A stretch of DNA of 64,000 nucleotides, taken from positions 32,001 through 96,000 of IMG/VR virus record IMGVR_UViG_3300008120_000016; one strand, written 5' to 3'. How positions within the stretch are numbered: the first letter of the stretch is position 1; each line of letters begins with the position of its first letter. Shown here one piece after another: positions 47,401 through 55,296 of the stretch. Below the pieces are notes generated by a model. The model did no database searches, was not told the DNA's origin, and was given only the letters and a program-made list of their open reading frames with translations. The stretch is from a virus. Made by a program: the position numbers and the translations under genes.

Positions 47401-47654
47401 TTTTGCTGCATTGAAAAATCAGCAGAAGCAATTTGTTGCAGTTGTCCTTCAATGTCTTTTAAATACTTATCTCTACGTTCAACATTAGAAGGATCTGTAA
47501 GTTCTTTTTTTAAACTATTATAAGAAGCTGCAGCTGCTTTTAAACCTTGTTGATATTGCTGTGATTTTTTATCTAAAACGTATTTTAAAAAGGAAAAATC
47601 CGGAGTATATATCACCGGATCAAACCCACCATATTGTATGTCTGTTGCTGCCAT
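44496..47654 (-). CDS. Large virion cargo protein, 1052 aa
   Basis: Helical and Cys-free; first gene of the giant-protein run; no catalytic motif recognised. Confidence 0.7.
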   Translation of the reverse strand: MAATDIQYGGFDPVIYTPDFSFLKYVLDKKSQQYQQGLKAAAASYNSLKKELTDPSNVERRDKYLKDIEGQLQQIASADFSMQQNVNYANSLFDPVSTDKAILYDQYHTKRIKNEIGRMEAWKNSEDMDVRKQYNAEIQEWVARDLNSLKTGQGNIDNYKVEGRTAAAYVDPQDLLDKAVKEKGFKTKIDNLGQPYIVTVEGGPQFDQNYQTFAENVLASNNVYQRQLQILGQSRQEKVIEKYKADPKWANSSNEDIYKDYARTSFNEHRNTQKQYLDNINKRVFDETGAIDAELKGPNADKYIKGKQDIIAGNSNTQEAQMYIALEQRSRNRNSLDEKAKAVRESYNQTFGSDDGTVQKNMNSYMDNFVKSPQTFFSDLQFKNDVTRFSNIKSASVSRTVKEDRAYVDIMVAKTNAMRAVNDIKDDIHDNAVDDAKLDLKEKELDAKLAMQGKRRVKNADGTYKMNSDGTYATEDGTAGITPIDVSSTVITSTEAITKLKDKVQSANNTALNNMTKTFGALSLLESMGVSDVNVSSIRTAFTKYYNADDKTKVTLTAQETAALRDAYSKMWAFSKNNPTNTFLDQERQNFANTKVDRTLLSRMPDLLERATTGYQARTKNEVEAKRALMDYKNNLQEIEISGKALESGRKYIVDKLGNNPDYAGMFYTKPDGTKDVIDKAYVSKNMMKFKKAINEDISMGFDKRADLTDDDIEDIAEGYVNGAIQFTHHTHNPDVPLSDASKVMFTYKGKEYYIYDQYENGKIITAVPYTSKTFQKYTKEINSQIPIPQFMQGAGIAPGLVQGSPFYEISGENKEKMLHGLSEVTPTNSAIFQYADGTSEATDVPPALQAEIRTALETKDNVTSVKLFTSSPLNGGGQAVKITMKTPSGENPPAWAGKSFYFPISPTIASPSIYHVFSNVNEVGEFATNRKDGTKYHFDAFQAEGVKAEMMPSQAGSNTGYIQLYYKPYTPGVNGQPGSYSTEFVPYGDRMEYDLSKTTFPEIKNNIYETFINPYVLGKIAINNQMKTQAAAAGVPPVTTQSIRNELIKSY

Positions 47655-47682
47655 TTAGTATTAATTTAAGAAAAAATCTTTG

Positions 47683-47710
47683 AAGTTTAAAACTAAACTT
47701 TATAAGTTTA
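47683..47710. promoter_or_regulatory. Interlocked inverted repeats upstream of the cargo/vRNAP gene run
   Basis: AAGTTTA-AAAC-TAAACTT-TAT-AAGTTTA: one TAAACTT arm can pair with either flanking AAGTTTA; lies in a 57-nt intergenic gap. Confidence 0.45.
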
Positions 47711-47711
47711 A

Positions 47712-50700
47712 TTATGATTCCATGACTCTAGCATATGCTAAAGCAACTCTTTGTCTTTCTTCTGGATCTGCAATATAATTTAATTTTTTGTACCAGCTAT
47801 CAACTGCTTTAACAAAAGCAACGCTACCACCTTTTTTAAACGAACCACCTGTTACATCATCATCATCTTGTGATGTAACAGTATTTACAGTGCTAACATT
47901 ACCTTGACCATCAGTTCTCTTTTGAGTTTTTATAGTAGACCCACCAGAATTTCCAGTTAATCTCTCTTTTACAATTTTACTTCTTTCCTTTGCAGACATC
48001 ATTGCTAAATTCTTATCGTTCATTAATGCTGCATATCTAGCTGCCCATGCTTCATCTTCATTAGGTTGAGAACCACCTCTGGTTTCAGCTTCCCAAGCAG
48101 CTTTAGCAGCATCACTTTTAAAATAGATTTTTTGTGTCCAAGGATCAGTGTTGAAGTATTTTTCAGTTTGATTTAAATTGTATATTTTACTAGCATTGTG
48201 TTCAGCTTGATTCCATGTTTTTACAATACCTTTTCTAGCTTCCCTTTCTGCACGTCTATATCTATCATCATAAACATTATTATCGTCCCAGTTTTTATTA
48301 AGATTTTCAGCATTGTACATATTAAACTGATTAAGAATACCAGCTCTTTCAGAATCTTTAGCTGTTGCACCTGCTGCGTTATATTGATCAGTTTGTGAAA
48401 TATATTGACCAAGTTGATTACCTGTTTGACCTTGTAAGAAAGATAAATTAGCTCCCATTGCATTACCACCTTGGAAAGTACCAATTTGATTAGCTGCTGC
48501 ATTCTGACTTGATTGTAAAGATGCAGCCATACCCCTCCAATCTACAGGAATAAACTGTGGTAATACAGGTTGAACAGGTTGTCTACGTGCATAATACTTT
48601 CTAAGAGTAGCATAATCTGCTATAGCATTTCCAAAATTACGAGCATCTTGACTTGTCCATTTACCTTTAGGTGGTATTTTTTTACGTGGAGGTAATGTAG
48701 TAGTTGGTACAGGTATAGATCCTCCTGGAGGTTTTGTTGTAGATGAGGTTAAAATTGTGGCAGGTGGTTGACTAGTTGTTGGTGTTGGTTCTGGAGATTT
48801 AGTTGTAGTTTTTACAGGTATTGTTTGTTGCATTGCGTATGTAGTACGAGCTCCAAATATTGAATCATCATATTTACCTGCTGCAGTAGGTCCCCATTCT
48901 TTTTCAATATACTGCATTGCTTCAGGATTTTCTTTTTGCAACTCTCCAAAAACATATTTTTGAAAATCAGCTGGTCCTGTAAAATCTCTACCAGCTCTAT
49001 TTCTCCAATATTCATATCCTTTATAAAGATGATCTTTAGGAGCTTGAGTTTCATCATAAGTTGAAATTCTACCTTTAGGACTTTTTCTACCTTCTGGGGT
49101 ATTTGATTTAGTCCAAAGTTTAAACCAATTTGGCATATTATATCGCTGAGCACTTACAGGAGATTGTGCTGCCCCTGTATTTTTACTAGGATCAGTAGTA
49201 TTTAAAAACTTCTGTTCATACTCAGCTTTAGGAATCCACTTTGTTCCGTCCCAAGCTTCTTCTTGTTGAGGATTAGTAGGATTAGCTCTTGTTTGCCCAA
49301 CAAGTGGACCTGGGTTTACAGGAGCACTAGGTGCTTTAGTAACTTTAACTGTAGCAGTCTTACCACTATTAGTTAGCATATTCTTTACACCAAAGGGATC
49401 ATTTGTTGTTGATCTGTTATCAGTTGGTCTACCAACACCTTCTGTGCCAGAAGTAGTAGGAGATTTAGTAGTATCTTTTGTTGTTTGCTCTTTCGATTTT
49501 TCTTCTTCTGCAACCTCACCTTTATCAACATATTGAGGATAGCCTCCAAATCTTTGCATAGGCATTTCTTGACCACCACCTTGTTGTTGTCTTTTTTGTT
49601 CTATTTGAGCTTGTTGTTCTGGACCTACGATAGCTTTTGCAACTTCAGGAACTCCTTGAGGATATCCTTTAATACCTTCTTGTACTAAAGCAAGTTCAGC
49701 TAATTTTATTTGATAGTTTTCTACCATCCTCATTGCTGTTTGCTTTTGTAAAGCGTCTGCATAAGGATCTTTTAAAATAGCTAAAAACTTATTTACATCA
49801 TATTGTCTTGCTAATTTAGCAGGTGTCATACCTTTTTCTCCTGATTGTCCAAAATGTTTTAAAATTTTTGGATCACGAATTTTCATTTTACCCGTATCAG
49901 AATATATAAATGATCCGGGAGGAGCTTGTTTTCTATTTAATTTAACACCATCATCAGTATGTCTATTTCCAAGAATAAAATTATGTGTACCGTCAGGACG
50001 AAGAATTGTTTCACCTATTTTATTTTTACCACCACCTTCAGCTTCCAATACATGTGGATTTTCTTCTGTTGGTTCTTCTTCGGTTACAATGTTATTAGGT
50101 GATTTAAAAGGATTTTCAGGCATACTGCTATATAAGTTTCTTTGACCTATATATAATCCATAATCAGATTGACCACTATATTGAGGCTGCCCACCTTTAG
50201 CCATTTGTTGAGGAGCACTACCATATGTAGCAGATATTTTTACATTAGGTCCTTTTCTAAATGATTTATTATACTCCAGTCCTCCATGAAAATTTCCTCT
50301 ACTTTGTCCTTGTTGATTATTCGCACTCTGCATAAAACTTGGATCACTACCTTGTTGAACATTGTTTCCAGTTTGCCTATCATAACCACCTTTAATTTTA
50401 AGATTACCTCCGGCTACAGGTAAAACCATATTAGTTCCCACTGAATAATGATTTCTATCAAGTTCACCTGTAACACCTATATTACCTTTTCCTCTAATTA
50501 TACCAGGTAGAGTTAATCCAGCAGTATATGCTGAATTTTTAAATCCTTCTTTACCAACGGTTCCTCTATAACCTAATGATAAATCGTAAGTTCCAGGTTT
50601 ACCTTCACCTTGAGCATCATTAAAATTTATACCAAATCCAACAGGTCTTGTAACAATTGTTCTTGATGGTCTACCTGTAGCTGCAGCTAATTCTTCATCA

Positions 50701-52412
50701 GAAATAACTGGTTTTCCACCACCTGAACCAACTGTACTACCTTCTTCATCACCTTGATATTTTTTTAAACCTACGATACGTATTTTCATATTATTATTAT
50801 TTTGACCTCCATATTCTAAATTAGCATACTTTGATGTTGTACTACCAAAAGCATCTCTAGTTTCTTTACCAGTTTTAAAATATTGATATGCACCTGTAGG
50901 ACCGGCAAAATGAATTGCATATTTAATATTATTAATTGGTACTTTTACACCTAGTTCACTTTTTATTTTATTTGCATGCGGTGTCAATACAGTTCTATCC
51001 CAGTATTGAAAAGCACGTTCTTGTGCTTCTGGATTATTTCTAAATTCCTCTTTTGATCTTACACCTGTAACTTGAGTTATCCAATCAGAATTTTGATTCC
51101 ACAAAAATTGATATTTACCAACTGCAGATGATGCAAGTGTTCCATCTTTTTTATAAGGAAGTGCTCTATAATCACCTCCACTTTCTTTTTGAGCAATTGT
51201 ACCAGCTAAACCACCACTAAATGATCCAGATGATTTTTTACCTGATAAATCAAAATTTAAATAATTTCTAGGATCAACAGCATCAGATCCTAAATTAGGT
51301 CTGTAAGTAAAATGTAAATGTGGTCCAGTTGATGTTCCTGTATTTCCTGATAAAGCAACATTCTGACCTTTTCTTACTCTATCATTTAATTTAAAATTAT
51401 AACTATTTAAATGAGCATAACCACTTACAGAACCATCATCATGTTTAATAAGCATTTGTTTACCCCCATGACCATCTTCCCACATTTTATAAATTGTACC
51501 ATCTTTAATAGATCTAACATTAGTATTTTCAGGAACAGCAAGATCTAATCCATTGTGATTTGATGATGCTCCTTTTGTAGGAGATTTTCTTGGACCAAAC
51601 CCACTAGTTAATTTAAAGTTTTCTACAGGAAGAACGTAATCTTGATCAGAATAATCAGCATCAGCAGAAGAAGAACTTTCTAAAGATGGTGCACTAGAAG
51701 ATTGCATTTGTACAGGTGATGCACCAATGAAAGCATCTGCTGCATTTACATCAGGTAAAAATGCTTTATTTACTATTTGATCTCCTGGAACGAGCATTCC
51801 ATCAGCAGCTTTAATTAAACCACCATATCTAACAAAATTTCTTGAAGCATAATAGGGATTTGCTTGTGTTCCTTTACTTTTATAACCCGTGGTATTTGGT
51901 TGGAAACCTCCATCGTTTTTTTCCCAATCACCTTTGTCAAGCTTGGTATCTACAGCGTAATTATTATCAGGCAATAAACTTTGTCTATTCCAAGCATCAA
52001 ACTCTTTTTGTTTTTTTCTTATATCAAAATAATTTAAACCGGCATTTGCTATATTCAATCCCGTATCAAATTTTTGATATGCTCTACCAAAAGCACTATT
52101 TCCAAAATTTAAAGGACCTCTAAACATATCAGCAACACCATCAATAGGACTTAACGTAGTTGTTTTAACTACAGCAGGATCTGTTAATTTTGGAGGAGAT
52201 TGTTGAACTGCTCCAAAAGTCCCTTCATTACCTGTTGTTTTTCCACTACTGGGATTTATTCCTAAAGCCCTAGCTCTTTTAAAACCAGGACTATTAAAAA
52301 TAATACTAGCAGCACCACTAAAATCACTCATATTCATAGTAGTAGTACTAGTAGTAACTTGAGAAGTTCCTATAACACCTTGATACTTTGGTAATATTTT
52401 AACTCTAGGCAT
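47712..52412 (-). CDS. Multidomain virion cargo protein, 1566 aa: M23 peptidase + lysozyme-like domain + C-terminal cargo region (possible internal start at 50789)
   Basis: HNGLD ... YAHL ... GPHLHF (M23, about 51260-51640); IAQKESGG ... AVGKYQF (lysozyme-like); EAEGG...GE...G.RH..DG...YSD region of a type I recall from crAss-like cargo proteins. Confidence 0.82.
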   Translation of the reverse strand: MPRVKILPKYQGVIGTSQVTTSTTTMNMSDFSGAASIIFNSPGFKRARALGINPSSGKTTGNEGTFGAVQQSPPKLTDPAVVKTTTLSPIDGVADMFRGPLNFGNSAFGRAYQKFDTGLNIANAGLNYFDIRKKQKEFDAWNRQSLLPDNNYAVDTKLDKGDWEKNDGGFQPNTTGYKSKGTQANPYYASRNFVRYGGLIKAADGMLVPGDQIVNKAFLPDVNAADAFIGASPVQMQSSSAPSLESSSSADADYSDQDYVLPVENFKLTSGFGPRKSPTKGASSNHNGLDLAVPENTNVRSIKDGTIYKMWEDGHGGKQMLIKHDDGSVSGYAHLNSYNFKLNDRVRKGQNVALSGNTGTSTGPHLHFTYRPNLGSDAVDPRNYLNFDLSGKKSSGSFSGGLAGTIAQKESGGDYRALPYKKDGTLASSAVGKYQFLWNQNSDWITQVTGVRSKEEFRNNPEAQERAFQYWDRTVLTPHANKIKSELGVKVPINNIKYAIHFAGPTGAYQYFKTGKETRDAFGSTTSKYANLEYGGQNNNNMKIRIVGLKKYQGDEEGSTVGSGGGKPVISDEELAAATGRPSRTIVTRPVGFGINFNDAQGEGKPGTYDLSLGYRGTVGKEGFKNSAYTAGLTLPGIIRGKGNIGVTGELDRNHYSVGTNMVLPVAGGNLKIKGGYDRQTGNNVQQGSDPSFMQSANNQQGQSRGNFHGGLEYNKSFRKGPNVKISATYGSAPQQMAKGGQPQYSGQSDYGLYIGQRNLYSSMPENPFKSPNNIVTEEEPTEENPHVLEAEGGGKNKIGETILRPDGTHNFILGNRHTDDGVKLNRKQAPPGSFIYSDTGKMKIRDPKILKHFGQSGEKGMTPAKLARQYDVNKFLAILKDPYADALQKQTAMRMVENYQIKLAELALVQEGIKGYPQGVPEVAKAIVGPEQQAQIEQKRQQQGGGQEMPMQRFGGYPQYVDKGEVAEEEKSKEQTTKDTTKSPTTSGTEGVGRPTDNRSTTNDPFGVKNMLTNSGKTATVKVTKAPSAPVNPGPLVGQTRANPTNPQQEEAWDGTKWIPKAEYEQKFLNTTDPSKNTGAAQSPVSAQRYNMPNWFKLWTKSNTPEGRKSPKGRISTYDETQAPKDHLYKGYEYWRNRAGRDFTGPADFQKYVFGELQKENPEAMQYIEKEWGPTAAGKYDDSIFGARTTYAMQQTIPVKTTTKSPEPTPTTSQPPATILTSSTTKPPGGSIPVPTTTLPPRKKIPPKGKWTSQDARNFGNAIADYATLRKYYARRQPVQPVLPQFIPVDWRGMAASLQSSQNAAANQIGTFQGGNAMGANLSFLQGQTGNQLGQYISQTDQYNAAGATAKDSERAGILNQFNMYNAENLNKNWDDNNVYDDRYRRAEREARKGIVKTWNQAEHNASKIYNLNQTEKYFNTDPWTQKIYFKSDAAKAAWEAETRGGSQPNEDEAWAARYAALMNDKNLAMMSAKERSKIVKERLTGNSGGSTIKTQKRTDGQGNVSTVNTVTSQDDDDVTGGSFKKGGSVAFVKAVDSWYKKLNYIADPEERQRVALAYARVMES

Positions 52413-52414
52413 GT

Positions 52415-52796
52415 TTATAAATATTCAATTTGATAACCTTGTTGAATTAACTTTTGTATATCGTTATGGCTTAAATTATATTCACCACCAACTTGAAATT
52501 GTTGTTCAGGTGCTTGTTCTTGACCACCTTGCATTTGTTGCATTACTTGTTCTATAACCTGTTGAGCCATTTCTGGTGGTACTCCCATTTGAACTAATTG
52601 TTGCATAATTTGATCAGGTTGTGCACCTTGTTGCAACATCTCAGCAACCATTTGCATAAGTTGTTGAGGATCGATTTGTTGACCTTGTTGTTGAGGAGCA
52701 CCTTGTTGTTCCATCATTTGTTGTTCCATCATACCACCCTCTTGCATCCAATCTAAAGCAGGTACATAATCTTGACGAGGATAACCAGTATGTTGA
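52415..52796 (-). CDS. Gln/Met-rich virion protein segment (own start at ATG 52747, or a +1 continuation of the 821-aa ORF)
   Basis: MQEGG...QQ-rich...GGEYNLSHNDIQKLIQQGYQIEYL. The track N-terminus (to 52993) overlaps the upstream gene and looks non-coding; coding-like codon use starts near 52796. Confidence 0.7.
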
Positions 52797-55262
52797 CTAA
52801 ATGTAGATAGCTGTTGGTACACCCATTGCTCCCATGCCAAATTTAGGTAATCCATATGCACTATCTGCATATTGTGGCATAAATGATCCACCATCATCAT
52901 AATAAACACCAGCACTATATGTACCACCCTCTTCTTTATAATTTTGTTTTCTGTCATAAACTTTTCCCGATGCTCTACCTGCAGCTTTATCAAGTTTTTC
53001 TTTAGCCATGTTAAAAGGAGGAGCAGCTGCTGCCTGAAATCTAGTTCCTCTATTAATAGGAGTGGTTACTTGTAATACTTTTCCTACAGTTGGAGACTTA
53101 GCAGCTAACTTGTTTGTAACATTTACAGTAGCATGAGCTAATGGATTATAATAATCTACTTTATTCTTTATTGGTTGTAAAAATTGTCCTGCTTTACTAT
53201 TATCAACCCAAGCAATTGCATCACCTACTTTGTTAATACCTTTTTTAACAATGTTGCTATTTTTTACAACTTTACCAACACCTCCAGCTTTATTAACAGC
53301 TTGTACACCTTCTATACCATATTTAACACCTTTTGCAAGTTTACCTAATTTACCTACTACAGGTAGAGCACCAGCTGTTTCTAATAATGCTGAACCTACA
53401 TTACCCCAACTTGGATTATCCCATGCTTTTGAAATTGAACGTCCAGCATCTCCCCAAGAACTTATACCAGAAGGATCAAGAATTTTTACAGCCCCCCAAC
53501 CTACATCACCCCATGTAGTACCACCTTCTTCTTCACCACCAGGTTGATACATTGGATAAGCACCACCATTATCATATGCATGATATCCACCATATCCATA
53601 ATTTCCACCATAAGCATAATTAGGATTTCTACCATAATAATGCATCATATCTAAGTCATCAAGTTCACCACCATCTTTACGAACTTTATTAAAAAAATTA
53701 AACAACTTAGCTGCTTTTGCTATACCTGGTGAATTTCTTGCAGCTCTCCAAGCATCAAGCCCAAGATCAACAGCTTTTGCTCCATACCTTGAAGCAGCAG
53801 ATGCCGCATCATCATAATAACGTCCAGCAGCAGATGCTGCATCATTATAATAACGTCCAGCTGTCGTAACAGCATCATCATACCAAGAACCTCCTGCTTT
53901 AGGAGGAGGAGTAGTAGGTTTAGGAGTTTTAACAGGTGCACCTGATGAAGTAGGTTTTGGTGTAGCAGTAGGTTTTGGTGTAGGTGTTGCAGCAGGTTTA
54001 GATTGAGGTGTAGCTTGTTTGTTTTTCCATCTAGCTTCTGCAGCTCTTTTACCTCTAGCTGAACGTATAGCTTTTGCTTCTTCGTCAGCATCAGCTAAAG
54101 ATTGTGCTATTTGTCTATCTTTTACTATTAGATCTTCAGCAGCTGCTTCATTTAACATATCTATTGTCTGAAGATTTCTCATTGCAGTACCAGGACGTGT
54201 ATTTGCGATATCTCCTGGTATTTCCATTGCATCAAGATTATTAAGAATAGCTTTTTGTTCTTTAGGTAATTTATTCCACCATTTTTGAAATTCTCCCATA
54301 CTTTGCGACATCTTTGCAAAAGCTTCAGTTCTTAAAGCATTTTGTGCTCTAGTCAGTTTACCTTTTGCAACTCCTCTCATATTAAATTTTCCTTGATTAG
54401 CAGCATCCATAAAACCCTTATATTCTCTATAAGCCCCATATCCACCTGCACCTGCAGCACCTGCACCTGCTACCATCCAAGGCCATATTGGATTACCATC
54501 CTCATCTTGACCAATTGGTTGTTGCCCTGCTCCACCACCTACAAAAGGATTAACATTATTTTCAGGTCTTAAAACATATTGATATCTTTGAGCATATTCT
54601 TGTGGTGTTAATTCTTCATCACTTTTAAAACCTCCTGTAGTTGGAGAAGTAGATCCTGTATTTGTAGATGTGCGACGTCCTGGAGCTACATATGTATTTT
54701 CATCAAAATTACTTTGTTCATTTTCATAATCGTCTAGCAATCCTGGATTTTCTCTTAAGGCTTTTAGTATTTGATTATTTTGATCAGGTCTTCCAGTATA
54801 ATCAGTAATTCCTAATTTTTGTGCTAACTTCTGTCTAGATTGTTTTGAAGAAGCTTTATCTTGTGTTTTAAGAAAATCAACAAGACTACCACCACCATAA
54901 GGATTTAATTTTGTTTTTGGTTCACTTGGTGTTGCTGCTGTACTACCAGTTTGCTGATTTGCAGGTGTTGTATTTTGATTTTGAGCAGCAACTGCTTTTT
55001 CGTATTCTGCTAATTTAGCATTATACTCTTGCATTGCTTGATCATATTTTTCACCAGCACCAGATCCAGTTTGGTAATCTTCTCTTCTAGGCATTACAGG
55101 TTTTTCAATAACAGTACTTGAGCCCGTTTGACCCTGGTATCTTATTAATCCACCATTTCTAAGTTTTTTGATATGTCTATCAAAATGGGCTTCAGTAGGG
55201 AACTTCGCATAGAAGTCTCTTAAGTTAGTTACTCCACCCAGTGCAAAAAATTGATTAAGCAT
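52797..55262 (-). CDS. Low-complexity virion cargo protein, 821 aa, with a DUF3597-like peptidoglycan-binding domain
   Basis: SLVDFLK....SSKQSRQKLAQKLGITDYTG...QN.QIL (about 54755-54895) matches the DUF3597-type endolysin cell-wall-binding motif; Pro/Thr linker; 11-aa repeats; GG motifs. Confidence 0.75.
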   Translation of the reverse strand: MLNQFFALGGVTNLRDFYAKFPTEAHFDRHIKKLRNGGLIRYQGQTGSSTVIEKPVMPRREDYQTGSGAGEKYDQAMQEYNAKLAEYEKAVAAQNQNTTPANQQTGSTAATPSEPKTKLNPYGGGSLVDFLKTQDKASSKQSRQKLAQKLGITDYTGRPDQNNQILKALRENPGLLDDYENEQSNFDENTYVAPGRRTSTNTGSTSPTTGGFKSDEELTPQEYAQRYQYVLRPENNVNPFVGGGAGQQPIGQDEDGNPIWPWMVAGAGAAGAGGYGAYREYKGFMDAANQGKFNMRGVAKGKLTRAQNALRTEAFAKMSQSMGEFQKWWNKLPKEQKAILNNLDAMEIPGDIANTRPGTAMRNLQTIDMLNEAAAEDLIVKDRQIAQSLADADEEAKAIRSARGKRAAEARWKNKQATPQSKPAATPTPKPTATPKPTSSGAPVKTPKPTTPPPKAGGSWYDDAVTTAGRYYNDAASAAGRYYDDAASAASRYGAKAVDLGLDAWRAARNSPGIAKAAKLFNFFNKVRKDGGELDDLDMMHYYGRNPNYAYGGNYGYGGYHAYDNGGAYPMYQPGGEEEGGTTWGDVGWGAVKILDPSGISSWGDAGRSISKAWDNPSWGNVGSALLETAGALPVVGKLGKLAKGVKYGIEGVQAVNKAGGVGKVVKNSNIVKKGINKVGDAIAWVDNSKAGQFLQPIKNKVDYYNPLAHATVNVTNKLAAKSPTVGKVLQVTTPINRGTRFQAAAAPPFNMAKEKLDKAAGRASGKVYDRKQNYKEEGGTYSAGVYYDDGGSFMPQYADSAYGLPKFGMGAMGVPTAIYI
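53785..53885 (-). repeat. About three degenerate 33-bp tandem repeats encoding (G/S)(R/W)Y(Y)(D/N)DA(A/V)(S/T)(A/T)A
   Basis: SWYDDAVTTA-GRYYNDAASAA-GRYYDDAASAA-SRY in the translation; gcatcat(c/t)ataataacgtccagc repeated on the + strand. Confidence 0.8.
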
Positions 55263-55296
55263 TTTGTTCAGTTTAATTATTATTTAATTTTATATT

